From Lagopus muta (taxonomy: Eukaryota), in assembly GCF_023343835.1 (NCBI RefSeq), contig NC_064458.1, positions 4,729,829-4,793,828 of the forward strand: 64,000 nt of DNA. The letters run 5' to 3'. Position numbers and translations under genes: made by a program. Of the stretch, positions 33,409 to 46,100 are shown one piece after another. Positions within the stretch are counted from its first letter, which is position 1, and each line of letters begins with the position of its first letter. The notes under the pieces were generated by a model. That model made no database searches, was not told the origin of the DNA, and saw only the letters and a list, made by a program, of their open reading frames with translations.

Positions 33409-33629
33409 CTGGGGACACAGGAACATCACCTCAGGGATTTCATGTGCTCTCAGGAGTAAATTAGGGTCCCTGGTGGCCACTGGCCACCCCTGAGATATCG
33501 TGGGGATACCTATGGGTACATCAGAGCCACCTGCAGGTCCCTGAGGTCCATTTACATGGTCCTCTGGGGTACCCAACTTGTCCTCAAGGACCTGCAGGTG
33601 ACATCTCTGTGGTCCCATGAGGTGTGCAC

Positions 33630-33866
33630 CTTGATCACACGCTTCTGTCCCAGCTGGGGCTGCCCGTTGGGTCCCACAGGGTCGAGCACCACGCAGTACT
33701 GTCGAGGACCCAAAGTTGTCACCAGCACCTCAGCCACCACCTCCTCGAAGACATCAGGGACGTAGGCCTCACTCTGCTCCTGTGTCACCAGCCACTCCTC
33801 TCCTGTGCGGCGCACATGTCCCTGCGCATCCTCAAAGGTCCGGGTAGCTCGCAGGTGGAGGGCTTT
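33630..33866 (-). CDS. MVP: MVP exon 6 ([79 protein letters not shown])
   Basis: Aligns to human '[80 protein letters not shown]'. Confidence 0.85.
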
Positions 33867-34065
33867 CTGTGGGACAATGAGATCAAAGCGCATGATGGGA
33901 CCCCAATTCTGTCCCAGAGGGTCTTTATCACCTGCATGTGCTAGGAGACAGAGTGATGGGACACCTAAACTTGTCCCAGATTTGGGTTCAGGGAAAAAAA
34001 ATCCTGGAGTGTCCCTGTCACCCATGGGTGTAGGGGAGACCACAGGGGATCCCATGTCCCTGTAC

Positions 34066-34160
34066 CTTGTCAGTGAGGACATAGGCATCCACGACATCGA
34101 CCACCTCCTCGTAGACCCCTGGCAGGTAGGCACCCACCCGCTTCACCAGCCACTCCTCAC
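34066..34160 (-). CDS. MVP: MVP exon 5 ((G)[31 protein letters not shown])
   Basis: Aligns to human '[32 protein letters not shown]'. Confidence 0.85.
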
Positions 34161-34189
34161 CTGGAAACAGTATTATGGGGTGATCAAGG

Positions 34190-34550
34190 AGTTAAGGGGG
34201 CTGGTGCAGACTGGGGGAGACAGGGAGGGTTGGGGAGATTTGGGTTGGGAAGGGGTCTGAAGGGTGCTGGGGGTCCTGTGGGACAAACCTAGGGGTGTCT
34301 GGAGTCCTAAGGGTGGGACTGGATGATCTCAGACGTCATTAGGGTGGGATGAGACAACTCCAAAGGTGGGAAGGGACAAAACTAAGGGTCGTTAGGGTGG
34401 GATGGGATGACCTCAACGGTGTCTGGGATCACGAGGGTGGGATGGGACTATCCCAAGGGTCATTTGGGTGAGAAGGGACAATCCCACTGGTCATCAGAGT
34501 GAGACGGGATGATCCCAAGGGCCATTGGGGGGGGAAAAGACAATCCCAAG
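34190..34550. repeat. Minisatellite (~35-bp 'gggtgggatgggatgatcccaagggtcat..') in MVP intron 4
   Basis: About 9 imperfect tandem units. Confidence 0.7.
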
Positions 34551-34558
34551 GGTATTAC

Positions 34559-34690
34559 CTGTGACACGCCGCGTGCCCTGACGGTCGAGGCACTCCTTGC
34601 GTGCCCTCAGGCGGATGGCCTGGTTGTGCCTGATGACGGTGGCCTGCAACGTCTCAACCACCTCTACCTCCTTGTGGGGGATGTAGGTGC
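34559..34690 (-). CDS. MVP: MVP exon 4 ((G)[43 protein letters not shown])
   Basis: Aligns to human '[43 protein letters not shown]'. Confidence 0.85.
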
Positions 34691-34761
34691 CTGTGGAGCC
34701 GGGGCACCATCAGCAACCCAAGATGTCCCCAAGGTGTCCTTAAAGTGTGCCCCTTGCTCAC

Positions 34762-34885
34762 CAGGACCCTCGAAGAGCCACTCATCGCCTGCCACAAACT
34801 TGTTCCCATCCTCATCCTCAAAGTCAAGCAAGGCTCGAAGGCGCAGGGCAGTATCAGCCAGCACCACCTGCAGCGGGGTGACACC
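34762..34885 (-). CDS. MVP: MVP exon 3 ([41 protein letters not shown](G))
   Basis: Aligns to human '[41 protein letters not shown]'. Confidence 0.85.
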
Positions 34886-34899
34886 CTGTGGACACAAGG

Positions 34900-35780
34900 G
34901 TCAGGGCTGAGGGTGACATCCTGGGGACACAGAGGTCAGGGCTGAGGGTGACAACCTAGGGATGTCTGGAAGACAATGGGGGACAGAAGTGACGGTGGCA
35001 TGGCAGGGGGCATAGCGGAAAAGGTTTCTCTGGGACATGACCTCAGGACATGGGGGTCATGACAAGTCTATCAGAGGGATGCAAGGGTCCTGGTAGGGCA
35101 GTGGCAGGTACTCAGGCACAAAGCAGGGACAAGGGGAACACATGGAGGGCTACGGGAAGCTGTGGGAGTTCTACAGGAACGATTATAGTCAATGAGACAG
35201 CTATAGACAGTTTACAGGACGTATAGCAAACTGAACAGAGGGGTCAGAGGAGCTATAGGGGATTACAGGAGGAGCTATAGAGGCTATGGAAGGACACAGA
35301 AAAGAGTTGCAGAGGGGGACCTGGGAGACTATAGAATCTATAGGAGACCATGGAGGGGAAGGTAGAGGACTTATAGGGGGACTATAAGAACCACAGAAGC
35401 TATAAGGTGTTGTGGAGCTTCTGAAGAGCTGAAGGAGAATGTGGGCTGGGAAGATTACCAGAAACTAACTATAGGATCTCTGGGATGGCTGCTGGTGAGC
35501 TACAGATGCTCCAGGAATCATGAAAACCTAGAAGAGCTATGCAAGCTAAGGGGGATCACATCAAACTGCAAACTACAGATGCTATATAAGACTAAGCTAG
35601 TGTATACTGTCACACACTGAAAAAGCTACAGGAGGCTGTGGATAACCCCACAGGGGGCTACAGGGAGCTGTAGGCACCCTGAAACCCATAGGTAGAGGTG
35701 CTGGAAGTCTTTGCAGGGTGGCAGGGAAAGGATAGCTGAGGTTATAGGGGGCTATAGGAGCAATGTAGGGTGGCTATGCG
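34900..35780. repeat. Minisatellite (~20-bp 'ggagctatagggggctata') in MVP intron 2
   Basis: Many 'gagctatag(g/a)gg' units. Confidence 0.65.
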
Positions 35781-35783
35781 TAC

Positions 35784-35979
35784 CTGCTGGAGCTCCTCAC
35801 CGGGGTACAGGGGAAAGGGCTCCTGGGTGAGGCGGACATCAAGGTCAGCATGCCGCAGCTGGGCCTGCCCCGCACCATCGAACAGCACAGCTCCCGTTGG
35901 ACCCCGGGCCACAGGATTGAGCACCACGCAGTAGTGCCGGGGGGGAACTATCACCATGCGCTTGGGGGAAAAGACCACC
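35784..35979 (-). CDS. MVP: MVP exon 2 ((R)[65 protein letters not shown])
   Basis: Aligns to human '[67 protein letters not shown]'. Confidence 0.85.
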
Positions 35980-36249
35980 CTGCAGGTGCCCCCGCACATC
36001 TGCCATCAGCTCTGTAGGACTGTTGGAGCTCCACAGCACCCCTCACATACTCCACAACCCTTGTTTCACCCCACAGACCTCCCATGGAACTCTAAGGACT
36101 TATGGAACACAACCAGATAGAAGAGGCCTCCATGATCATACAGAATTCCTATAACTGTACAGAGCCCCCCACTGACCTACAGAGCCCATCACGGCCCTAG
36201 ATGTGGGACTGGGTCTCTCCAGCCCACTGCTTGAACCCCAGGCAGGTAC

Positions 36250-36368
36250 CTCTCATGGTCCTGCCGGATGTAGGAGTGAGGTCCAACCTCCACACGAGTG
36301 ACGTTGCTGTTGAGGTCCAGCACGTGGATGTAGTGGTAGGGGGGTATGCGGATCACAGGGTCCTCCAT
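36250..36368 (-). CDS. MVP: MVP exon 1 coding part ([39 protein letters not shown])
   Basis: The ATG (rc) at 36366-36368 sits in a 'tccccATGg' context. Aligns to human '[41 protein letters not shown]'. The donor is GAG AG|gtacct. Confidence 0.85.
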
Positions 36369-36699
36369 GGGGAAGAAGACTTCCTCACAGTGGAGCAGGA
36401 GACCTTGCTGGAACGTGCTGTGGAGCAGAACAGCTCGATGAGGCTCAGCGTAGGTGGTAGACCTTGAAACAGGGTAGAAAAATTGTCACGAGGCACCTTG
36501 AAATGTGTGAGGGGAAACCTCCAAAGGAGTGGCAGGAACTGCTGTGGGGCAGAAGAGCTTTGTGCCAGGCAAATGAGGGAGAAGGAGACCTCACTTGGGG
36601 CAGAGGACCTCACCGCGGGGCACAACACCCGGCTGTGGGGCAGGAGGACGCGGAAATGACTATTTTTAACTTTTTCTTTTCTACTTCCCTTTGGTCTGG

Positions 36700-37150
36700 C
36701 CCAGCCCTGCTGGCAGACGGAGCCCGGCCCATCAGGGCCGCCCCAGGGCCGGGTTTCCACACCCGAAATGCCGCACCCCGGGCAAGGTTCGCCCTCAGAA
36801 AGGATTTATGCCGCGTTGTAGGGCTGCAGGTAACGGATTAGGATCAGGATGAGAATTATGCGGTTGGCTGAGCCCGAACGGCGCTGGCAGCCCCCAGGCA
36901 GGCCCTGCGCTGTCTCTAGGCAGCCGGCGCCGCCATGACGTCCGCTTCCCCGGAAGGGGGGGAGGAAGAAAGGGGGCGCGGGCGTTCCCGCTGCTTCCGC
37001 CTTCCGCCGCAGAGCGTGTTCCCATTGGCTGTAAGGGCGGGAGGGAGGGAGGAAGGCTGAGGGAGGGGCGGGGGGGAAGCGGTGGGAAGGGTCGCGTTGG
37101 AGGGGCAGCGAAAAAGGGTCAGAGGCTGCTGGGGGCTGCAGAGGACACCG
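36700..37150. promoter_or_regulatory. CpG island / candidate bidirectional promoter upstream of MVP
   Basis: CpG-dense. It contains a palindromic CRE 'ccatgacgtccgc' (TGACGTC), an inverted CCAAT box 'cccattggctg', ETS-like 'cccggaagg' and GC boxes. A '+'-strand 'CGAG|GTACTG' donor-like site lies at about 37160. Confidence 0.5.
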
Positions 37151-37439
37151 AGTGCCGCCCCGAGGTACTGTCGCTCCCTGGTGTCACCAGCGTCGCTCCC
37201 TGGGGCTCTGTGTCAACCCAGGTTTCACCCAGTGTCACCCACTGCCGCCTCCTGAGAGGCTTTCGATCCAGGGGTCACCTTAGGGGCTGTGTCATCCCTG
37301 CTGTCACCGCTGCCACCCTCCGAGTGGGTTTTGTCATCCCTGCTGTCACGCAGTGCCGCCTCCACACCTCAGTGCTGCGTTCAATCCGAGTGAATGTCAC
37401 AGAATCTTGGAGTAACGGAGTTATTGCAGGGATAACAGG

Positions 37440-37790
37440 AGACACGTGGACCCCTTTGTCCTTCTCATTGCTCCTCCTGTTGCTCCTTCCTTCCTAATTC
37501 CTTTCCTCGTTTCTTTGGTCCCTTCTTTGTTCCTTTCCAATTTCTTTACTATTCTTTGCTTGCTCCTTGCCCGACCCTTTCTCTGTCCTTTTTCCCATCC
37601 CTTTCTCATTTCCTTTCCCACCCCATGTCCATTCCTTCCTTGTTCCTTGTGCACTTCTTTACTATTCCTTGTTTCTTCCTTTCCCATTCATTTTTTTTCT
37701 TTTTTCTCCCCCACATTTCACCCCTCTTTTCCGTTTTTTTTGCACTTCCCTTACCCATCTCTTTGCCTTCTTTTGCCCCTAGCAGTGTCC
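37440..37790. repeat. CT-rich low-complexity tract
   Basis: cttccttcc / tctttc pyrimidine-rich run. Confidence 0.6.
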
Positions 37791-38782
37791 CTGGGCTCCA
37801 AACTGGAGGAGCACGTTGTCATTGACACACTGTGGTCATCCTGAACTGGTGCTTCAAGCAGAGACTGCTCAACATGAGGAGGATCTGCATGTTCATGCTG
37901 GACAAGGCTGGACCTCATGATTGACATGCAGGACTTCTCCTCCCAGAGCATCCACATCCAGAGATGGATCACAGAAACCTGCTTTTGGCACAGGAAAATG
38001 CAAAAGGGGAGAGTTAGAAGGTAAGATTTTTTTATAAAGGGCTCACTTTATCCAAAATATAAAATTTTCCATTAAAGACTCACTTTATCCATTATTAAAA
38101 TGTAAGAGTTTCACACAAAAGTGCCAAAGAGCTGCTAGTGCTTATGAGTCCTCAATACTAATGAGTTCTGAGGGCTAACAGGTTGTCAGTCTATTCAATC
38201 CCAATTGCTATGTAGCTCCTCTTTTTAATGAATCCTTAGTGCTAATGAGCTGCTAGGGCAAACAAGTTTTTCTCCTGCCCCAGGGCTCTCCTAAAAGACT
38301 GACAGATGCTGCTTTTCTCTGCCACCTTCTGTAAAATGTGTGGAAGTTCACCTTGTAGATCATCTCCAGATCCATCATCATCAAGCTGTGGCAGGAGAAG
38401 CTTGCCCTAACCAACACCAGGCTACTGCTTTGTCTGCAGGAACTGGGAGCAGAAGTATGCAGCCCTCTGCAACCGCTATGGCAGCATTTCCAGGCCTTAA
38501 TGTTCTGCCAGGTACAGCTCATTGGTAAGCAGTGAGCTGCCAGTGATCCATCTGACATGATCAAGCCCAGTGTGATGTCAGCTCTGCTTCAATGATCGCC
38601 AAAAACGAGGGAACAAGGTGCAAGGGACGGATGGGAAACACACAGTGAGAATTAAAAGCTCAGAGTGGTAACAGCATCTAATAGTTGGAACCAAGCCAGT
38701 TGCTTGGCTTTCGTGGTGGGCATTACGTGGAAACCATGCTCTGTTCCCTCAACCTTTGTGTTCAAAAGCATTTGGTGACCCA

Positions 38783-38813
<31 letters not shown>

Positions 38814-41800
38814 TTTTTTGCCTTAGTTTGAGGCTCTGCCTATTCCAAAGCACCAGAGACTTGGAAAAGAGCAGGGGTGTTGGGAATATGTGGGACTGGC
38901 AGCGAGGGAGTAAGGATTTGGGTAAAGTGATGGACAGGCTTTAAGTTAGAGGAACAATAGTAGGGATTTGGAGAAGTTAAAGGTACATAGATTGAAACCA
39001 ACAGTTGCAGAGCTGCTGGAGAAGCTCGGTTGCCTTCTTTCATCCATGCAGACCTGCTGGAGGGCAGACTGACTCAGTGAAGATGATTCTAGATGGGCAC
39101 TGAGTGGTCCTTCATTCATTCTCTATACTTCTGTCTCCCTTTTTTCCAAACCATCTGTTAGGAAAAGTTCTGCTGAGAATGAACTTTTATGCATGTAGAG
39201 AAAGGAATAAAAAAAATAATAATAATCTCAAGGAATCCATACCTAGTGACGCAAAGAGAAGCGTGGAAGATTCAAAGTCTTGGCCTGAGAAAATTATTTG
39301 GTCAGCAATATAAAAAATGGAGAGAGCAGACAGTCAAGACCAGAAATGTAGATTTGCCAGTAATCAAGCCAGATGCTTAAGATTTTGATGGTATATTTGT
39401 GGTGACAGGGAGGAGTGTGTTAAGTGGTGCACATTAGATAAGCTAGGCATCACTTGGAAACCTGTGTGCCTGGAGCACTTAGTGTCATGCTCAGGGTGCT
39501 GCCAGGGTAGAGGTCCTGTCCACAGGAAGAAATGAGCAAGACATATGGAAGGACGGGGAGCCACATTTTAACCTTGAGTTGATGGCTAGATAGGAAGGAT
39601 CTTGGAGCACTAACTTGGTCTAGGGAAGAGAAACCAGAAGTGTAACTGGATGTGAGTTCTCCTCTTTTGCTGTTGTCTTGTCTGCCCACCTCAGCTTGGG
39701 CAGAGCCATGGAAGCCCTCAGTCTTGTTCTCCCAAGGGATTCTGTTCGATGCTGGAACTATGAAAGTAGGTTTATGCTCCCACCCCAGGGAGCTGGGTAA
39801 CTTCCCAGTTCTGAGGCACGCAGGTGGGAGAGGGCAGGCCACTGCCTCTGCCCCTTTCTGTCTCTGCTTAATGGCAGCATTTCTTCTTCTTCCTGTCAAG
39901 ACCCTGCTCAAGAAGTTGTCTCACTCCAATCTATAGGAGGGAGAGGAGGTTCTTTTGTTGTCTATCTACTCGGTGTGAAACAACAGTTCAAATGTTGGTC
40001 CGACCAGTTTATTACAAATCTTCATTAGGGAAATGGGGAAGGGGAGGACGGACACTATTATGAATTAGAGTAATGGGGAAGGGAAGGAGGGCGATAGAAA
40101 AGATAGGAAAGAAGAAAAGAAGAAGCAAGGAGTCTTTATAGGAAGCAAGAGGGAGATGATCACCACCATGGATCCAGCGTGGTTTGTAGTTCAGTCATTG
40201 ATCTTCAGTAGGGTGGGTGGCCAGACAGAGTTGGTCTGTTGATGACGGCGATGACAACGACCGTGGCAATGATGGCCCCTTTTCAATGGTTTCAAAGCAG
40301 CCGAGTCAGCTGTCTTTGGAGTGACAGCTCAAATCCACAGTGGTTGAGTCAGCTCTCCTTGGAGTGGCAGCTTCTGGCTCTGGGATCTCAGCAGAAACTC
40401 CTTTGTTCTTCCGGGCCTTGCCAGCAGATAAGAGGGAGCAGGGATGCCCATCTGCATCCTGTTTTTCATGGGACACAATGGTATCATTCCCCAGTTTTCC
40501 CATACCTAGCTGGAGCTGTTTAGTCACAGGCCAGATCTTCAGCCAGTGAACACTCCCGAGTGCTCTCTTCCAGAGGCAAGCAGCTCTGGAGGAAGGGGCT
40601 TTCAAATGTTCCCAAAGCGATATCGATTGTCACACGGTTAGCACCCATCACTTGCCTCCTCAACAAATCGATCAGAGTTTTATCACACAAAATACCTCAG
40701 GAAGCAAGCTTTGAGCCAAAAAAAAAAAAAACAAAAAAAACAAAAAAAAAACCAAAGAAGGATTCTCGCAGAAGTACATTGTAGTTGTAAGGAATTACAG
40801 ATTTTATTTTAAACAGTCAGTCTTGGGGTGTGGAGCCTTGAAAGATATGTCTCAGATAGTAGTGTTGCAGAAACACAGGCCGTATCCTTGCCTCCAGCCA
40901 TGACACTTGGGAAACCCTCACTGGAAGCCAGTCGGAGCTGACTTACATGCGCTTGCTAATTCAGAGGGAAAAACGGTTTTGTGTTTGAGGTGGGTTTCAG
41001 TTATTTCTCAGGCTTTTGCTTTGATGCTCAACTGATGCTTTCGAAAGTTAATTTGGTTATTTATTAACGAGGCTGTCTTACTGCAAGCAAAGACCTCATG
41101 GAGCTCAATATATATCTCGTTCCACAAATTTTTATTAGAAAGAATGAATACTACAACTTTGCAAGGATTTTAGCAGTATGTAAATCTTCCATGATAAACT
41201 AGCTTTAGCTACAGAAATTACAGGGACCAACACTTATTTCTGCTGGTTCATTTATAATTTACACCAATGTCATACTTTGCCCATGGTAATAAATTCCATT
41301 CATGATGCAGTTCTAGTTTCAGTTTTGATGATAAAACAGAAGTGTCCACAGTGGTCTGTTGCAGCGGAGCGTTCTCAAGGCTGGGATTGCTGTTCTCTGT
41401 ACACTGCCTTCCTTCTCTATGTGCTCACTAGTGAGTTTCTAACCTTAAGTATATTACTAAAAATGTTGAAAGCATTCTTGCCCTTACAGTGAGCAAGGTA
41501 GCAAGCTGAGGAGCAGACTTGGGGTCGCATTTTCATTGCAGTAATGGTTTCAAGGCTCTTGCTTGCTTCTATCAATACTGTAAAATAAAAATCTTTTGCA
41601 AGAGAAAAACTTCAGTGCATTTTTTTTCTCTTTGTTATTTCTGAAATGCTGGCTACCACACTTGAAGTGGAACAATATGAGTAAATGACAAATACACAAA
41701 GGTTTTTCTGGAGAGAGCAAGGTCTGATGTGGAGGGTTGAACTATTAAATCAGCCAGTTGAATGAAGTTCCCATTACTTCATTCTACATTGCAGAGTTCT

Positions 41801-43755
41801 CCATTAGCCACATAAAGAACACTGGAACTATAAAGTAAAAATGCTATGCTGCTCTCTGCAGAAAAAAATGGCCTGTAGAAATAATGGACAGTGAGGGGAG
41901 GGGTGGGAGGAACTCAGAAGAGCTCTGTGCAGACAGTAGCGTACAGGTTTTGCTGAACTGCTTACATGAAATGATGTTTCAGGCTCAATCATAACTGTGT
42001 AGTCAAAGTAGTCACATGCCACACAAAACTTTCCTCCAAAGTCTCAGAAGATAGTTTGATGCTACATTGTGATGGCCAAGTGCAGGTTCAAGAAGTGAAA
42101 AGTCTCACAGTAGCTTTCTCACCTTCAGTTGCTTTGTAGCATGAATTGATTTTGCATGGTTTGTTAGATTTACCGTGGTTGTTGGCATCGAGGAGTAAGT
42201 GCAGCTGTTCTGCTGAAACACCTGCAGCCTGTTCTCTGCATTATCCATGCATATGACGGGGAGGTCAGCACCAGAATGACAATCTTGTCTCATTTCCATA
42301 AGAACTTTATCTACTTATTTTTTCTTTTTTTCTGGGCTCAGATTTACAGAAGCGCAGGAAAACAGGCTTTTGGTTTTCTTTATTTTTGTCCAAATTAATT
42401 TCCAAAGGAAACGCTGCATTTGTGAAAACGAGGAGTAAGCATGGAAGCTATTGGTAAGTTTTCCTGAAACACCACATCAGTTTTGCAAGTCTGAGCAAGG
42501 TGTATTCCAAAATGTCTAATTGAAATCTTCCCCTTTGGTAGAGCTGTTCACAATTTGGTCACAGGTCCTATGTTTGTACTTCCCAAGGGAGTCTCTCCTC
42601 ACCCCTCATTTGTTTGAGTAGAAGCCCAAGCTTTTTGTTTATTGACTGGAGAAGTGTACCAACCAGAGCAACTCCTGCACACCAATCTCTCCCAGAGAAG
42701 CATCCAATTTGAGGAAGGATAACTGCGAGTTCAGAATTATCATTTCAAAGAAATGAATCTCAGAACTTGCTCACAGCTGTTCTTAGTTCCTGTTGATGGC
42801 AATCAGAGCTAAGTTTTATTTTGTCATTAATATATCATTATAATGCTCTCCTGTTGTTTTTTTTAAAATAATTTATTTTCTGATTTTGGGAAGAAACTAA
42901 TGTTCCTGAAATGTTCCTGAAAAACTTTATAGGATATTGCATATTATGCCTTGTCTCAACCTTGGTTATTTTCTAAGTCTCAGTCCCAAAAGTATCTCAG
43001 TCAGAAGAAAACTGACTTGGTTGTGTAAGGCTGTTAGTGACCTCTGCAGACTGACCTCCTCTCTCCTGCATCTGCAAATCTCGGCTCTTTCCCTAATCCC
43101 TGAATCTGCTCCACAAAGCCCTGCTGCAAATTCTCACCCTGCACACTGTCTCAGCTCAGCTAATGGTGGTGTTTCCCTCTATTGGGAACATCCCGGTTCT
43201 TCCCCAGCTCTCCCCACCTCCTGCCCTCTTCCCAACCCAGCTCAGCCCAGCAGACCAGTGGCAGTGCCCACCGCTGGGTATGCAATGCCACCACAGCCCA
43301 GAAGCTCTGAAGGCACAGCAGCTGTTAGGCTGGGGCTGTGGCCTGGGGAAACAGAGGTCGGTGAAGCTCCAGGCCCAGAAGACCCCCAGCACAGACTGCC
43401 TGTGCCAGTGCCATCCTCTTCTCAGCCTAGCACAAGAGTCCTGGCCCAGCACAGCCTGCCCCCAGCAAATGCCTGCAGAAATAGCTTTCTCTTTCTCACC
43501 TGTCCCTCCCTGAAGGCACAGAAATGCTCTCTTGCTCTTCTCCAGAGCCATCCCTGCTCCTGGAGAGCCTTGTCCAGGGCAGCTTGTCCATGCTGGCCTG
43601 GCTGGCTGCTCCTGGTTCCCTCCCCGTGTTCCCCACAAGGCCCTGATCTGGTGGTACTACTCTGAAGTGATGGATCTGTGGTGACCCTGCCCAGGTTATG
43701 CTGCTCAGGGTGGGCAGCAGACACAGATGGATGGAGATCTCTGCTGCCTCTTGCC

Positions 43756-43794
43756 ATCTAATCTAATCTAATCTAATCTAATCTAATCTAATCT
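43756..43794. repeat. (ATCTA)n microsatellite, ~8 units
   Basis: atctaatctaatcta... Confidence 0.9.
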
Positions 43795-44574
43795 TGCATC
43801 TAGTGCTAAAGGCTCTGCAGCCAAGGACAGTGCTTGGCAGGAGCGTGGGGTGCCTCTAATGTCACAAAGGGCACTTGAGTGCTGAACCAGATCTGACCCA
43901 CAGGGCTTCAAAAAGTCTGTACTGGATCACGCTCCAGATAAGTCAACAAATATTTGTTGTCTGCTTGAACAAGTGCCACTGAGAAGGGAGCCCTGGGTCC
44001 AGTGACTGGTCACTAGCAGATCACTGTGGGACTGTAAGCCTGTGTACTTCAGCTCATGGAGAGCCCCAGACAACAAAAGAGCAGAGAGCAGCTCCTTGTG
44101 TGCACTGCTGACACCAGCTTTGAAAGAGGCCTGGATTCTGGCTCTGCCCTGAGCAGGCCTTTAGTTAGGTATGCTACTGTAGAGACAGCAGGACTGCTAT
44201 CAAGTAAATTGAGAACTGAAGACTAACAGGAATGGAGAGGCACAACAGGAGAGCAAGGAAGTGGAGGGAGAGCAGTGCTCAAAAGACCACATTCAGCTGC
44301 TGCTCATGGCCATGGTTTCAGGAAAGCAACAGCCCCAACTCAAAGGCAGCAGAGAGGAAGAGCCCAGCCGGCATTGAGGGGCAGACCACAGGGGCACCAG
44401 GTCTGCTGCTCCATGTGGCAGATGGTTTCCTGGCTCCTTGAAACTCTCCCACATATGCGGGTTGCTCAAGAGGACAAGGGAGACATGGGAGCTGAGACAA
44501 AAGAATTTCTGCTGGCTTCTTCATTGTGTTCATCTGCACAGGAAGCCTGGTTCTGCAGGTACACAAGATCATAG

Positions 44575-45000
44575 AATTATAGAATCATAGGATGTTTAGG
44601 GTTGGAAGAGACCTTAAAGGTAGTGTAGCTCAAACTACATCAGGTTACCCAGGGCCCCATCCAACCTGACCCCAAACTTCTCCAGGGGTGGGACATCCAG
44701 GCCTCTGGTTGTTTTTGTAGAGAGGGACAATCATCTCCCTCGTCCTGCTGGTCACCCCTCTGTTGATGCAGCCCAGATGAGTTGGCCTTCAGGGCTACAA
44801 GCACGCACTGCTGGCTCACATCCAGCTTTTCATCCACCAGAACTCTGGCAGACAGAAGTCCTTCTCAGTAGGGTTGCTCTCAGTGAAATCTCTCAATCTG
44901 CACATATCTCTACGTTTGCCCCAGCCCAAGGCAACACATTGCACTTGAACTTTTTGAACTTTGTTAGGACCGCAGAGTCCTAGTTTTCAAGTTGGACTTG
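44575..45000 (-). mobile_element. CR1 fragment (3' end + RT piece, internally deleted)
   Basis: 'atagaatcatagaatcataggatgtttagggttggaagagaccttaaagg..' followed by '..ctggtcacccctctgttgatgcagcccagat..gcacgcactgctggctcacatccagcttttcatccaccag' (CR1 antisense). Confidence 0.8.
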
Positions 45001-45129
45001 TAATGACATGACTAGGTAAAAAAAAATGAACAGATAGGAGGCTAAGAATTTGAATATAAAAGTATTTAAATCTTAATCCAAGTATGAGGAAATAGTAATG
45101 AAAGTAAAAAGATTGTTCTAATAATTTTG

Positions 45130-46100
45130 GATACACCATGGAATTCCTCTGAATTTCCTCACTGTGTTTTTGAGCTCCTGGTTCCTCATGCTGTAGATGA
45201 GGGGGTTCACTGCTGGAGGCACCACTGAGTACAGAACTGCAACCAACAGGTCAAGAGATGGGGATGAAATGGAGGGGGGTTTGAGATAGGCGAACATGAG
45301 AGTGCTGACAAAGAGCAAGACAGCCAGGTGAAAGGCATGTGGAGAAGGCTCTGTGCCATCCCTGCTCTGAGGGCATCCTCAGCAGGCCCTGAAGATCTGC
45401 AGATAGGACAGCACAATGAAAACAAAGCACACGAAGATTAAACAAAGGCTAAAATCAATAATCCCAGCTTCCCTGAGATTGTCTGACTCTGAGCAGGAGG
45501 GCTTGAGGATCTGGGCGATTTCACAGAACTGGCATTGCTTTTACAGAATGGTATTGAGAATGTATTGGCTGTGTGCAACAGAGCATAAAGAAACCCACTG
45601 CCCCAGGCAGCTGCAGCCATGGTGGCAACAAGCTCTGCTGCCCAGCAGGATGTTGTAGTGCAGGGGCTTGCAGATGGAAACGTAGTGGTCGTAGGCCATG
45701 ACAGTGAGAAGGAAGTATTCTGCATCAAAAAAGAATAGTAAAAAAAAGACTTGTGCAGCACATTCAGCAAAGGAGATGTCCCTGGAGTCCCAAAGGACAT
45801 TGGCCATTGCTTTGGGGAGAGTGGTGGAGATGCAGCCCAGGTTCAGGAGGGCGAGGTTGAGGAGGAAGAAGTGCATGGGGTGTGCACGTGGTGGTCGCAG
45901 GCTACGGCTGTGCTGATGAGGCCGTTGCCAGGAGGGCGGCCAGGCAGATGTCCAGCAAGAGCCAGAAATGCAGGAGCTGCAGCTGCTGCGTGTCTGCAAG
46001 CACCAGGAGGAGAAACTCATTGATGGAGCTGCTGTTGGACAACTGCTGCTGCTGGGCTTGGAGACCTGTACAAGGAGGATAAGACAAAGAGGTGTTAGGA
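45130..46100 (-). pseudogene. Olfactory receptor pseudogene (class-II OR-like, multiple frameshifts)
   Basis: OR signatures are split over three or more frames on the - strand. These are the N-terminus '..NSSSINEFLLLVLADTQQLQLLHFWLLL', 'PMHFFLLNLALL..MAYDHYVSICKPLHYNILL', 'HRAFSTC' and the C-terminus '..VVPPAVNPLIYSMRNQELKNTVRKF'. Confidence 0.7.
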
